64,000 nt of DNA from a virus, in the IMG/VR virus record IMGVR_UViG_3300004369_000001, positions 43,784-107,783 of that record. The stretch is one strand, 5' to 3'. The notes beneath the pieces are model-generated. The model did not search any database. It was not told where the DNA came from and worked only from the letters and a program-made list of their open reading frames with translations. Each line of letters opens with the position of its first letter. Position 1 is the stretch's first letter. This document shows positions 7,562 through 16,954 of the stretch, one piece after another. The translations under genes and the position numbers were made by a program.

Positions 7562-8095
7562 TTAAGGATGATTTCGGATTTCAGGTGGGACACAGATTAG
7601 TCCTAGAGTGAGTCTAACTCCTCTAGATGGTGGATTGCCCCAGTGATGCAAATGGGATGGAAATATCACCATTCTATTCTCTTTGAATGGTATCCTGTGC
7701 AGTGATTCAGTAGAATGATCTGCAAAGATCAAATCACCATCAATACCCTCCACCATGTAAACTACACTCATTGGACCAATCTCATCAGCATCAGTATGCT
7801 CTTCAGACAATAGTCCAACACTTTGAAAGTTTAACAGTGTGCGTTGCACTTTATATCCAGGCAACAGATCATCATCATGAGTAACATCAGCGTTGAGATA
7901 TTCAACAAACCAATCATACTCAGGACCAACCCATCTTCCATTGGATACCATCATCGTCCCGAAGAATCTGCTCTTTTGATAGTTACCATAGGGTGAGTTT
8001 GTGAAGCGCACAGGATACTCTAGAAGGCGCTGTGATGCCTCTGAAAGCATCCAGGTAGGGTATCTATCATCGATGACCTTAATTAGATCTTTCAC
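7562..8095 (-). CDS. Fe(II)/2OG oxygenase (prolyl-hydroxylase-like)
   Basis: HTD...FKENRMVIFPSHLHHWG...RLTL. Confidence 0.8.
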   Translation of the reverse strand: MKDLIKVIDDRYPTWMLSEASQRLLEYPVRFTNSPYGNYQKSRFFGTMMVSNGRWVGPEYDWFVEYLNADVTHDDDLLPGYKVQRTLLNFQSVGLLSEEHTDADEIGPMSVVYMVEGIDGDLIFADHSTESLHRIPFKENRMVIFPSHLHHWGNPPSRGVRLTLGLICVPPEIRNHP

Positions 8096-8280
8096 TTGAA
8101 TCCTCCTCCTTTTGTCTTAGCATCAAGCACCTCAACATGTGATAGATGTTGTGGGAAGTTCCACCATGCTCTCATCACATCTTCATAATCATCTAGAATC
8201 TTGACACTACCATCGACACACCATACTTTATAACGATGTCGATCATATGGAGCATCTGATGTGCGTGTGAAGTGTGTCAT
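8092..8280 (-). CDS. hypothetical protein
   Basis: 62 aa (FTRTSDAPYDRHRYKV), coupled to neighbours. Confidence 0.7.
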   Translation of the reverse strand: MTHFTRTSDAPYDRHRYKVWCVDGSVKILDDYEDVMRAWWNFPQHLSHVEVLDAKTKGGGFK

Positions 8281-8480
8281 TTGTTTTCTTCAATCAACCA
8301 ATTATCATCTTGTGGAGCATCAACCCAAAACCAATAATCTGGGTTGTCCCATGCACTAACGAAGATGCGATTGCCCTTCTTGTGCTCTACTCTCACTTGG
8401 TTTTTGTTATTCAGATAATTAGCAAGATCATTCCTTGCTTTTTCGCTGATAGGTATAACGGTGGCAGTATTTCTTAGCAT
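8277..8480 (-). CDS. hypothetical protein
   Basis: 67 aa ORF, coupled to neighbours. Confidence 0.65.
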   Translation of the reverse strand: MLRNTATVIPISEKARNDLANYLNNKNQVRVEHKKGNRIFVSAWDNPDYWFWVDAPQDDNWLIEENK

Positions 8481-8716
8481 GGTGGTGGCATTGCGGTGAA
8501 TGGTGTGGTGAGATCTTTATCAATCTCACTTCCTACTTTCTTTGCATTTATAGGAGAATGAATTGCTCCTGTTTTCTTCTTGATAAATCCCCACACAGTT
8601 TTAACTGGTTCAGTGGTATAAACGTAGGGATAGTGATGATGTAACCACACAACATCGTAAGTCTTGTTAAACTCAGCGACGCTGTAATGATACCCATCGG
8701 GTGCCTCATGAATCAT
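8474..8716 (-). CDS. hypothetical protein (start revised to MIHEAP)
   Basis: ATGA overlap with the methyltransferase stop; TVWGFIKKKTG..SPINAKKVG. Confidence 0.7.
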   Translation of the reverse strand: MIHEAPDGYHYSVAEFNKTYDVVWLHHHYPYVYTTEPVKTVWGFIKKKTGAIHSPINAKKVGSEIDKDLTTPFTAMPPPC

Positions 8717-9552
8717 GTGAGAATTGTCAATAGGTGAGGTTTGCAAAGTTTAGCACGTTTCTGTGCCATTTCACAGTAAGTTTGATCAATCTCAAAACCA
8801 ATAAACTTCCTGCCCTCTTCTATACACACCTGAGCAGTTGTGCCACTACCCATGAAAGGATCAAGCACCACATCATTCTTATCACTCCAGGTGATAATAT
8901 GACCTCTTGCTAACTCCTCAGGCATGGTTGCAGGGTGTTTGTATGACTCTTTGGATGATTGTCCAAACCCACCGCTATTCTTAATCTTCCAAATGTTGGT
9001 CCTTACACCATATTCTCTGATTTCTTTGCTCTTCTTGCCTGGGTCATGCATTGTCCCATCCTTGCGCCTGGTTTTAGCATTTCCGAAGGAAGTATAACCT
9101 GCCCATGCATTTTTCTTATCTTGGATAAGATTGATGGTCTTAGGTTTGCCCTTGGAGAGGATAAAACAATACTCAAAGATTTGAGTATATCTCACGCTAT
9201 TAGGACCAGAAGCAAATGCTGTGCCTGTCTTTTCATAGATCATAGTATCATGTAGACGGAGACCATGAGCATCCATAAAGTATAGGCACTGACGAAAACT
9301 ACTACCAGTTTCACTACCTTTTACCGTTGCGTCGTTGACATTCCACATGATAACACCGCCAGGTTTCAATACCCTGACGATGCTATCTGCTACCCTCTTG
9401 AATACCTCATGGTCCCACTTGCTGCTGTCATTGTATGTCCGCAGGTCATCGTAGGGAGGAGAGGTGATCACTAGATCCACACTCTCCTCATCCATGAGTT
9501 GCATCCCATCGATGCAATTCATCAGGTAAGTATCATTGAGCGAGAGTTTCAT
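8713..9552 (-). CDS. DNA amino-methyltransferase, beta class (N4-C/N6-A)
   Basis: DLVITSPPY catalytic motif N-terminal; HPATMP; VLDPFMGSGTT SAM-binding motif C-terminal; start revised to MKLSLND. Confidence 0.92.
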   Translation of the reverse strand: MKLSLNDTYLMNCIDGMQLMDEESVDLVITSPPYDDLRTYNDSSKWDHEVFKRVADSIVRVLKPGGVIMWNVNDATVKGSETGSSFRQCLYFMDAHGLRLHDTMIYEKTGTAFASGPNSVRYTQIFEYCFILSKGKPKTINLIQDKKNAWAGYTSFGNAKTRRKDGTMHDPGKKSKEIREYGVRTNIWKIKNSGGFGQSSKESYKHPATMPEELARGHIITWSDKNDVVLDPFMGSGTTAQVCIEEGRKFIGFEIDQTYCEMAQKRAKLCKPHLLTILT

Positions 9553-10138
9553 ATTCGGTGTGGATAAACTTGGTGGTGCTTCTGATTTTACCATAGATCA
9601 CAGTAATGCAAGCAGCATCATCTTTGTGGATCTGCAGTTTGCTGAAACCGTTGTTATTCTTGCCAGTCTTTGTAACGCTGTCAGTCCACCCAGTCGCCTC
9701 ATTAGTGGCGAGGGAGAGGTCAACAATAGCAGCGAAACAACGAGGGAAGATGTTACCAACCTGCTGCACTTTGCAGACAAAGACCTTATCAACCTTAGTC
9801 TTGCTGTGGTTGTTGCCAGTAGCGAAGGATGAAGTATCCTGACCCAGTGTCAGTTTATTCTCCAACTCTTCCTGCAACAGGATAGCATCATAACCAGTAG
9901 TCTCTTCGGTGATGTAATCAACTCCGAGATTCTTGGCAGCATCCTCTAGAGCAGGGTTGAAGATGTTGGCAAGCAGTTTAGTCTTGTCAACAGTATTCTC
10001 ACCAAAATACTCATCGAGATCGCCATAACGACCGCCAGAGATGATGCTGAGACCTTTAGAAAGACGCTGGGTGGTGAGGTTGAGAGCGGCAGGAATCAGG
10101 CGAAAGAGTTGATCAGCGAGTTGTGCGTTTGTTGCCAT
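9533..10138 (-). CDS. putative PD-(D/E)XK restriction-type endonuclease
   Basis: GYD-x9-ENK pattern (TTGYDAILLQEELENKLT); overlaps the methyltransferase start. Confidence 0.5.
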   Translation of the reverse strand: MATNAQLADQLFRLIPAALNLTTQRLSKGLSIISGGRYGDLDEYFGENTVDKTKLLANIFNPALEDAAKNLGVDYITEETTGYDAILLQEELENKLTLGQDTSSFATGNNHSKTKVDKVFVCKVQQVGNIFPRCFAAIVDLSLATNEATGWTDSVTKTGKNNNGFSKLQIHKDDAACITVIYGKIRSTTKFIHTEYETLAQ

Positions 10139-10141
10139 TGA

Positions 10142-10221
10142 TCGAATTGCTTTGACCTTACTAATATACAGACAAAATCACCGTGCGGTGCAAATAGTGG
10201 ACGGTTTGGCAACTGGCACAT
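10142..10221 (-). promoter_or_regulatory. early promoter cassette F
   Basis: GTGCCAGTTGCCAAACCGTCCAC box, TTGCAC, then TATATT. Confidence 0.75.
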
Positions 10222-10378
10222 CATTCCAATGTCTGATCACTCCTGCAACAATGAAACAATTAGTGATGAAATAAGTGACAAATATAATAGACCGTATACT
10301 AGCAATGTTGTCTGCTTCTCGTTTATCATGGGATGCTTTTTCTCCGAGTGCTTTACACCACAGTCGCCATAGTTTCAT
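10178..10378 (-). CDS. small membrane protein
   Basis: 66 aa, WRLWCKALGEKA...TNCFIVAGVIRHW, hydrophobic segment. Confidence 0.7.
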   Translation of the reverse strand: MKLWRLWCKALGEKASHDKREADNIASIRSIIFVTYFITNCFIVAGVIRHWNDVPVAKPSTICTAR

Positions 10379-10605
10379 TCAAACTCTTCTACGATTGGAT
10401 GATAGGGTAAAACAGGAATTGGATGCTTTGTATCATAGTAACCCATCTTGTGCCAGTAGCAATCAAGCATCATCAATTCTTCAGTTGGATCTTTAATGTT
10501 ATATGCATCAATGTATGGGTAGTAGTCATCACATTGCCTTACAATAGCAGCAGGCACCTCAATAGGTTTCCAGTGCAGTGGTTCTTGAATAATAATGGGT
10601 ATCAT
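10375..10605 (-). CDS. hypothetical protein
   Basis: 76 aa ORF, ATGA overlaps. Confidence 0.65.
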   Translation of the reverse strand: MIPIIIQEPLHWKPIEVPAAIVRQCDDYYPYIDAYNIKDPTEELMMLDCYWHKMGYYDTKHPIPVLPYHPIVEEFE

Positions 10606-11840
10606 ACGAGTGCAGTAGGAGGGACACCTTTGATGAAGATCTCATCAACAACGCGCTGCAGGCGCTTGACAACTTGAGCACCATAATTCTGATGCACAGG
10701 CACAGTCACGAAACCAGTGGGTTTGCGATAGTTAGCAAATGCACCAGGAGTGAGAGCACCAGATTGCAAATCTGCAGCGTCATCTTTATGTAGACGGATC
10801 ACACGTCCGATCGTTTGTGCCATCTCAACCACGTTAAGATTACGCAGCAGGATGCAATGAGTGAGACCAGGGACGTTGATACCTTCAGAGAGAATAGAGT
10901 AGTGGAAGATAACAAACTTGCGTCCATCTTCCTTACCCCATGCAGTCAACGTGTCGAAGAATACTTCACGATTGACCTTCTTATCGTTGACATATGCACC
11001 AAACTTAGAGGTAACATGGAGCACATCATAACCACGCTCTTTCAACTCTTGGAGGATAGAAGTGTGACCGATGATGTTACCGAGCACCTTGGAAGATGGC
11101 ACAGCAACCAACACTTTAGCAGCGTGAGTCTCGTCCAGATTGTCTAGCACATCTTGAATAGATTGCGAGTGATGCACATGTGCCTCATCCTTACTGATGC
11201 TCTTGTTGATAGTGAAGGGCACAATAGTGGGAGGGATGATGCTACCACCAGCAATCAATTCAGGTGCAGGCACACTACAAATAACGTTGCCATACACATC
11301 TGCGTTATTCATACCACGGCGGTCACGATGACTAATGCGAGGAGTAGCAGTAAAGAAGTAAGCAGAGGAAGCGATGTCACTAACACAAACAGTAGAAACA
11401 AAGAAAGACTTTGCAACACTGTTATGTGCTTCGTCAAAGTAAGCACAGTCAATAGTAATGCCAGAGTTAGCAACACGATGGAGAGAATGATAGGTGGTAA
11501 AGATAATGCAGGACTCACCTGCAGCGCGAGCAGTGTTAGCGAAGAGAGCAATGTTGTCGCTCTTGGTGCTGCTGTAGAAGTGAGTTTCACCACTATGAGC
11601 ATGACACACATGCACGTTGCTCTTATCAACAAACTGCATAAACTCATCGCAGAGTTGATTTGCGAGGAGAATACGAGGTGCGACAACTACAATAGTGGCA
11701 CCTTTCTGCAGTTTGTTGATAGCATCTTGAATCATAATGAAGGTCTTGCCACCACCAGTGGGGACAATGATCTGACCTTTGTTATATGATTCCATCGCCT
11801 CTAGAGCACGCTGCTGGTGAGGGCGAAGAGTGATGGGCAT
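10602..11840 (-). CDS. SF2 DEAH helicase (type III restriction Res-like)
   Basis: LRPHQ, PTGGGKT, FDEAH, FTATPR, LSEGINVP, QTIGRVIR. Confidence 0.9.
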   Translation of the reverse strand: MPITLRPHQQRALEAMESYNKGQIIVPTGGGKTFIMIQDAINKLQKGATIVVVAPRILLANQLCDEFMQFVDKSNVHVCHAHSGETHFYSSTKSDNIALFANTARAAGESCIIFTTYHSLHRVANSGITIDCAYFDEAHNSVAKSFFVSTVCVSDIASSAYFFTATPRISHRDRRGMNNADVYGNVICSVPAPELIAGGSIIPPTIVPFTINKSISKDEAHVHHSQSIQDVLDNLDETHAAKVLVAVPSSKVLGNIIGHTSILQELKERGYDVLHVTSKFGAYVNDKKVNREVFFDTLTAWGKEDGRKFVIFHYSILSEGINVPGLTHCILLRNLNVVEMAQTIGRVIRLHKDDAADLQSGALTPGAFANYRKPTGFVTVPVHQNYGAQVVKRLQRVVDEIFIKGVPPTALV

Positions 11841-11866
11841 GGAGTGCTGGGCGCTTGTCTCCAGAT

Positions 11867-11919
11867 ATTATACACGAAAAAGGGCACCCATAGGTGCCCT
11901 GTGCCAGTCTGTTGACTGT
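11867..11919 (-). promoter_or_regulatory. early promoter cassette G with embedded intrinsic terminator
   Basis: GACAGTCAACAGACTGGCAC box; AGGGCACC-TATG-GGTGCCCT hairpin plus T tract; TATAAT immediately after. Confidence 0.75.
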
Positions 11920-12249
11920 CTATCGTTTGTTTATATCAGGGAGCATATCATTCCCTGGGTGATCGTCAACAACTCCAGTATAGGATTTGCCATACTGTTT
12001 AATGGGTTCCATCTCTACATCTTCCCATTGATGAGGGTAGATAACAATGCAACACTTGTTGACTCTATCAAATGCATGTTCGTCTTCAGTCTCATCCTTG
12101 CTGATGCATAGAGTGACATACTCATCTCCTACAAACTCGATATTGCCCTCAAAACCATTGAAACGGGCGCGAGCACCCTTCACAAAATACTTCATAATGT
12201 TTCTCAATTCAATAGCAGGACTATTACCGATTAGGAGTGGTGTTGTCAT
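11920..12249 (-). CDS. hypothetical protein
   Basis: 109 aa ORF (GNIEFVGDEYVTLCI); start may be MKYFVKG. Confidence 0.7.
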   Translation of the reverse strand: MTTPLLIGNSPAIELRNIMKYFVKGARARFNGFEGNIEFVGDEYVTLCISKDETEDEHAFDRVNKCCIVIYPHQWEDVEMEPIKQYGKSYTGVVDDHPGNDMLPDINKR

Positions 12250-12404
12250 TGATTAAGATGCAGTGTTTCTCGAATGTGTTTCAACAACTGCTCTTGTTTG
12301 GGTGATAAACCCCCGCTAGCGAGGTATTTATTACTGTAGAGAAAGAGCGATTGTTTGATGACCTTTTTCTCTTCGTCAGATAGGATTGCAGATTTTGCCC
12401 ACAT
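12246..12404 (-). CDS. small hypothetical protein (52 aa; not in track)
   Basis: MWAKSAILSDEEKKVIKQSLFLYSNK...; GGGGG SD, CTAAATA late-like box upstream. Confidence 0.55.
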   Translation of the reverse strand: MWAKSAILSDEEKKVIKQSLFLYSNKYLASGGLSPKQEQLLKHIRETLHLNQ

Positions 12405-12436
12405 CGTATCCCCCAAGCATGGATACCCTATTTAGA

Positions 12437-13153
12437 TTAAGTTTCATAGTATTTTGTATAGTTTGTATCACTAATTAACTCTTCTACTCTACTAGGACTA
12501 AAACCAGGCACACCTTGATCATATTCTGTGTAGGGATGTAGTTGTTTAGATGCTGCATCTAGCAATTCATTCCTTTCATCGAGTGCCATAAACTTAAAGG
12601 CAAGCATATATCTATTCCACAAGAAGTATGGAGTAGGTGTGCGAGCACTGTGAGGTATTCTCCCATCAAAGATAACAACTCTGCCAGGTTTAGGACAGAC
12701 AGCATGAAGAATATCTAGATTGTGATCATAGAATATAGTTTCACCACCATAGTTAGGTATCCAAAACTCATTCATATACACAATCATTGTGACCTGATTG
12801 TCACACCAATGTGGTGCATCACAATGTATGCGTGGAGCATCACCAAACTTCAGCACATTCATATATGCACTGTAGAGATCTTTCCTGGGAGGTATTGGAC
12901 AGCGGAGAGATTCCAATCTATCTAACACATTCTCATAGAGAGGATTCAGACTGCATTGTGTGAAAGGTGTGGTGCCATGATGATCCACACTGTAGAAATC
13001 ATGGGTGTAATATGTGCCACGAAGATCTACCTCTTCTATATTAGTTTGAGGCAGATCCTGTCTACCATGCCAGTAGGGCAATTCAATAACTCTCTGGCAT
13101 ATCTCACTGTCTAGAATGTCAGTGTCAAATACTTGAATCAAGGGATGTTGCAT
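12437..13153 (-). CDS. Fe(II)/2OG oxygenase (prolyl-4-hydroxylase-like)
   Basis: IHCD...YGGETIF...PKPGRVVIFDGRIPHSAR...RY. Confidence 0.9.
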   Translation of the reverse strand: MQHPLIQVFDTDILDSEICQRVIELPYWHGRQDLPQTNIEEVDLRGTYYTHDFYSVDHHGTTPFTQCSLNPLYENVLDRLESLRCPIPPRKDLYSAYMNVLKFGDAPRIHCDAPHWCDNQVTMIVYMNEFWIPNYGGETIFYDHNLDILHAVCPKPGRVVIFDGRIPHSARTPTPYFLWNRYMLAFKFMALDERNELLDAASKQLHPYTEYDQGVPGFSPSRVEELISDTNYTKYYET

Positions 13154-13806
13154 GATACTAGAGCAGTAATATTCAATGTCATTACATAACGTGTGCCCTG
13201 TCCATTGTTAGGACCAGTGCGATGACGTAACCATCCAGGAAAGAATAGCACGTCATTTGTCTTAACTGGTATATCTATCCAGTTATCTTCGTTGGGCATT
13301 TCATACTCATCAGACACAGGTTCTGAGAGTTTGTATATATCAAATGGATTCTTGATCTGTAAGTTACCACTACCCTCAGGCACCTGTAGATAGGCAACCA
13401 CGGCAACCGTGACATTTTGATGATGATGCTCTAGTGTAGTTGCACCAGGAGGATGTCTATTGATCCACGATTCTGTGATGTTTCGATATACTCTCTTCAG
13501 TGACCATCTATCCCAAATGTCATCAACAACCATGGGGATATGATTGCCAGTAAAGTCTTCAAATACTTTCCATCCATGTGGAGGATCGTGCCTACATCTA
13601 CCAACAGATGATGTGCCGCCCTTCTCAAGTGCAGAGTTACGATATACACTCTGAGGATCATCAATGATGTCTAGATAATAATCAGTCTCTGGGATTATTT
13701 CATTCCAGATGTCAGTGAAATCATATTGTGACCTGAAGATGAATGGATAGGGATTAACGGATTGAATACCATTTCCTATCAACTGGTCGGGTAAAGGATT
13801 TCGCAT
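13138..13806 (-). CDS. putative Fe(II)/2OG oxygenase, TIGR02466-like
   Basis: SWINRH...EHHHQN...YLQVP...DVLFFPGWLRH...RYVMTLNI; start uncertain. Confidence 0.85.
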   Translation of the reverse strand: MRNPLPDQLIGNGIQSVNPYPFIFRSQYDFTDIWNEIIPETDYYLDIIDDPQSVYRNSALEKGGTSSVGRCRHDPPHGWKVFEDFTGNHIPMVVDDIWDRWSLKRVYRNITESWINRHPPGATTLEHHHQNVTVAVVAYLQVPEGSGNLQIKNPFDIYKLSEPVSDEYEMPNEDNWIDIPVKTNDVLFFPGWLRHRTGPNNGQGTRYVMTLNITALVSCNIP

Positions 13807-14476
13807 GATACAAATGATAGTGATGGACAGGAATACTTAAAGAGATTCTTTCTTCAGATGGTGATGCACAATGATAACATCTTGGTGGTATGTATAGAGC
13901 ATCTCCAGGTTTCAATATTACATCAATAGCAGGAGTGAATGAATCGTAGTTTACTGTTGGATCACCTGGGTCTGCTTGAATCACAAATGTTGCACGTCTT
14001 TCATTATATACACGCCAATGAGTTGTGCCCTTCAACTGCACAATAAAGTTACTAGGTAGATCCTCATGAATATAAAAACTATTACTCTTTCCAAGACCAC
14101 AATAGATCTGAAATTGTGAATCGCCAGGGAATATTGACTCCCATTCGCCCACCATTTCAGACCTACGTCTATCTCTGAATGAATAGTTGTTGATGATAAT
14201 TGTGTGCCCATCTCTCAGGGCATGAAACAATTCCTCTTTCTCTTCAAAATCATAATTAGACCAACTACGAGCATATTTGGGCGGATTGATCTTTTCAATT
14301 CTATGACGACTGACAACATCAATATCAAAGAATTGTGGGTTGTTTAAGCAATACTCAACATCACTCCATGTGCAAATAGAATTACACTCTTCCTGATCGA
14401 TTACACCCTCATAGTAGTGTGGGACATCATGATCCCAGTCTCTATCGTATAGTTTAATCGGCAATAATAACGTCAT
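13754..14476 (-). CDS. JmjC/cupin-4 (YcfD/ROX-like) oxygenase
   Basis: SFYIHED..NFIVQLKGTTHWRVY...LKPGDALYIPPRCYHCA...RISLS. Confidence 0.88.
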   Translation of the reverse strand: MTLLLPIKLYDRDWDHDVPHYYEGVIDQEECNSICTWSDVEYCLNNPQFFDIDVVSRHRIEKINPPKYARSWSNYDFEEKEELFHALRDGHTIIINNYSFRDRRRSEMVGEWESIFPGDSQFQIYCGLGKSNSFYIHEDLPSNFIVQLKGTTHWRVYNERRATFVIQADPGDPTVNYDSFTPAIDVILKPGDALYIPPRCYHCASPSEERISLSIPVHHYHLYHAKSFTRPVDRKWYSIR

Positions 14477-15110
14477 CAGGCATACCGTGGAAGTTGAAGT
14501 TTAATACAATTCTATACTGCGATTGCACAGGATTAGATGATCCGTGGTATCTATTACCATCAAACAATACAAACTTGTTTGCCTCTGGTTTATGTCTCTC
14601 ACATACAGTGTATTCTTGATTGAATGTATTGTATATTCGATCATTCAATTCTTTGGTTGGATCATCAACCTGATCAAATAACACTGTGTCACCATCAGCA
14701 TCATGGAAATAGAATAGTCCTGTGTGATGCTTAGTCTCGTGATCTGTGTGTGGTGTGTTGTAATCTTTGACATGATGACTATTATGCAGCATCGCAAGTC
14801 TCAGTCGAAAGATATTAAAACTACAACCAAGTCTGTCTTGAATGTGATCTACAATGGGAATGAATAGATCATAATATTGTGATACTGGTTCACTGTCATG
14901 ACACAGCACATGAGTCCAACCACATGATGTTTGATCGGTTGGACTCATCCCAAATAGATTTTGATCACCAAACTTATACTCATACCCACTGCCATATGTG
15001 ACATCATTGGGCAGGAAATACCAAGGGAATCCCCTGCTCGTCATCACATCATTCAGGCGATTCAGATACGCTTTGGGTAAAAGATTCGATAGACTTCTGG
15101 ATACTGCCAT
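14454..15110 (-). CDS. Fe(II)/2OG oxygenase
   Basis: FPWY...PHTD...DGDTVLF...PEANKFVLFDGNRYHGSS...RIVLNFNF. Confidence 0.88.
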   Translation of the reverse strand: MAVSRSLSNLLPKAYLNRLNDVMTSRGFPWYFLPNDVTYGSGYEYKFGDQNLFGMSPTDQTSCGWTHVLCHDSEPVSQYYDLFIPIVDHIQDRLGCSFNIFRLRLAMLHNSHHVKDYNTPHTDHETKHHTGLFYFHDADGDTVLFDQVDDPTKELNDRIYNTFNQEYTVCERHKPEANKFVLFDGNRYHGSSNPVQSQYRIVLNFNFHGMPDDVIIAD

Positions 15111-15729
15111 AGTTAATATGTGTTGAATACAACGTCACATTGAAAGAGTAAGAGATTCTCTCCTCACTGCCTTTATTTGTCTCTACTTTGTGCAGTGTGT
15201 CTGCTGGGAAGATAAACAACTGATCAGGTTCGGGATCATATGCTGCTATCTCATTGTTTAATGGATTGGTGCCATGCACATAGTTATATGCTGTGCCCCA
15301 AGACTTAAACTTATGCAACTCATCAAATGGTCGGAGAAATGTGATACCACCAGACTTTGGGGGCACCTTAGCATAATAAACACCAGCAAACATTGCACCA
15401 GGATGTGAGTGGCAATGATTGAGATCTCCAGGTCCATTGATATTCAACCAACCATTAGTGATCAGCATGGCAAAATCTTTGAATCCAAGATCCTGACATG
15501 CTACATCCACTGCACTATAGATTACCTCAGATAATCCCTTCCATGGTTCTATGGTGTGAATCATTTCACTTCCCCAATCATTTGATTGGTATCCACCTTC
15601 ATTTGATGCTTGTCTACCAGACATTGCACCACGATGGTCAATAGCAAAGTCAACGAATTGTTGGGTGTCTAGTCCACAATCCTTCTGGTGCCAGATACCT
15701 CTGGGAAACCAGTAATCACATTTCAACAT
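15049..15729 (-). CDS. putative Fe(II)/2OG oxygenase, TIGR02466-like
   Basis: SNEGGYQS...WLNIN...HSHPGAMFAGVYY...FIFPADTLHKV...RISYSFN. Confidence 0.9.
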   Translation of the reverse strand: MLKCDYWFPRGIWHQKDCGLDTQQFVDFAIDHRGAMSGRQASNEGGYQSNDWGSEMIHTIEPWKGLSEVIYSAVDVACQDLGFKDFAMLITNGWLNINGPGDLNHCHSHPGAMFAGVYYAKVPPKSGGITFLRPFDELHKFKSWGTAYNYVHGTNPLNNEIAAYDPEPDQLFIFPADTLHKVETNKGSEERISYSFNVTLYSTHINYGSIQKSIESFTQSVSESPE

Positions 15730-15731
15730 AA

Positions 15732-16103
15732 TTATTCAGCGAAAGTAAACTCTTTGTCGGTTACACTGGGATCCACATGGACACTATACAGATACAATGC
15801 TTCGATAGCACCCTGCAGTTTATTCAACTTATCTTTCTTCTCTTGCATACCCTCAAGGGACACACGAGTTACTGTAGATGAATAGGAAAGGTTATCCAAT
15901 GCCTCAGTGAGTTTCTTATACTCAGCGATAGTCTCTTCATACTGAGAAATAAGATCTGCTACCAGTTGATCATATGTCAACCTCACAGGATTGCCATTCT
16001 CATCACAGAAGATACCTAATCTCTCTTCTTTGCTGACACCTGCCAAATCATTGATGTCTACATTCTCAACTTCAGGCAGATTACTAAACGTTTGTGCTTC
16101 CAT
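15732..16103 (-). CDS. hypothetical coiled-coil protein
   Basis: 123 aa, KLNKLQGAIEAL. Confidence 0.75.
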   Translation of the reverse strand: MEAQTFSNLPEVENVDINDLAGVSKEERLGIFCDENGNPVRLTYDQLVADLISQYEETIAEYKKLTEALDNLSYSSTVTRVSLEGMQEKKDKLNKLQGAIEALYLYSVHVDPSVTDKEFTFAE

Positions 16104-16954
16104 TAGTTAAACCTCTCTAGATTCTTATTTAGTGAGTTGATCTTGGCATGGTCTTTAATACGCTCATCCAAGGTTGTGTTTTCGATGAATGATTTAGTCT
16201 TCAAATAATCCATCATCTGCTCGCATTTGTAGTCATGCTCATTAGCAGTCTCTACAACAATTTGAAACTCACTAGAGTCCAACCATTTGCGAGGAATAGG
16301 GATCCATTGGCACAATGGTGTGCCTGCTTTTACAATGTGATCACCCTCCATAGCGTGCCAGAAGAGTTGCACATTGATTTCATATGAATACTGTGGATCC
16401 ACTATACCATAAGGAGCACTAAATCGCATGTCTTCATGATATGCAACTGGAATCTGCAAGATAACAATATCAGGGTGTGCTTGCACTCTCCAGGGTGTCT
16501 CCAACTTCACAACTTGACCGAGGGTTGGCATACCTTTGTTGACAAGATCTCTCATCCCATCAGTCTGTCTCTCAATGTGTGACGTGACATACTTACCACC
16601 AACAAATAATTGTCTGGTGACCCACTGGAATGTGCCATCCTCTTTAGGACGAATAGCAAAATCTGCTGGGGCAGGGAGTATCCAACCACTGTCCATGATT
16701 GCAGTCAATGCAGGGCAAGTTGCGGCATGTTCTTTGATGCCATTGTCCTGCATCTTGAGGTTGTCGAATGTTTCTCTGAGTGCCATCACTGGGCACTCAC
16801 TACGCTTCTTTGCCTGATCTTTGACTACATCAACTCTCCACTTTCTCTTGAGTTTCTTAGAAGGATACAGAGGGAAAAACTCTGCAACACCAGCGTCCAT
16901 AGAATAGAATCTAATCCATGGTTTCTGAAACTTTGCTTTAATCTTTTTCCACAT
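16103..16954 (-). CDS. hypothetical protein of oxygenase clusters (possible dUTPase-like beta-clip fold)
   Basis: CPAL..MDSGWILPAPADF...KLETPW...PYGIVD...KAGTPLCQWIP. Confidence 0.75.
   Translation of the reverse strand: MWKKIKAKFQKPWIRFYSMDAGVAEFFPLYPSKKLKRKWRVDVVKDQAKKRSECPVMALRETFDNLKMQDNGIKEHAATCPALTAIMDSGWILPAPADFAIRPKEDGTFQWVTRQLFVGGKYVTSHIERQTDGMRDLVNKGMPTLGQVVKLETPWRVQAHPDIVILQIPVAYHEDMRFSAPYGIVDPQYSYEINVQLFWHAMEGDHIVKAGTPLCQWIPIPRKWLDSSEFQIVVETANEHDYKCEQMMDYLKTKSFIENTTLDERIKDHAKINSLNKNLERFN

Noticed and set aside
16945-16953. Isolated TTTTCCACA
   Set aside because: Single copy explained by the codons for MWKK; consistent with chance.
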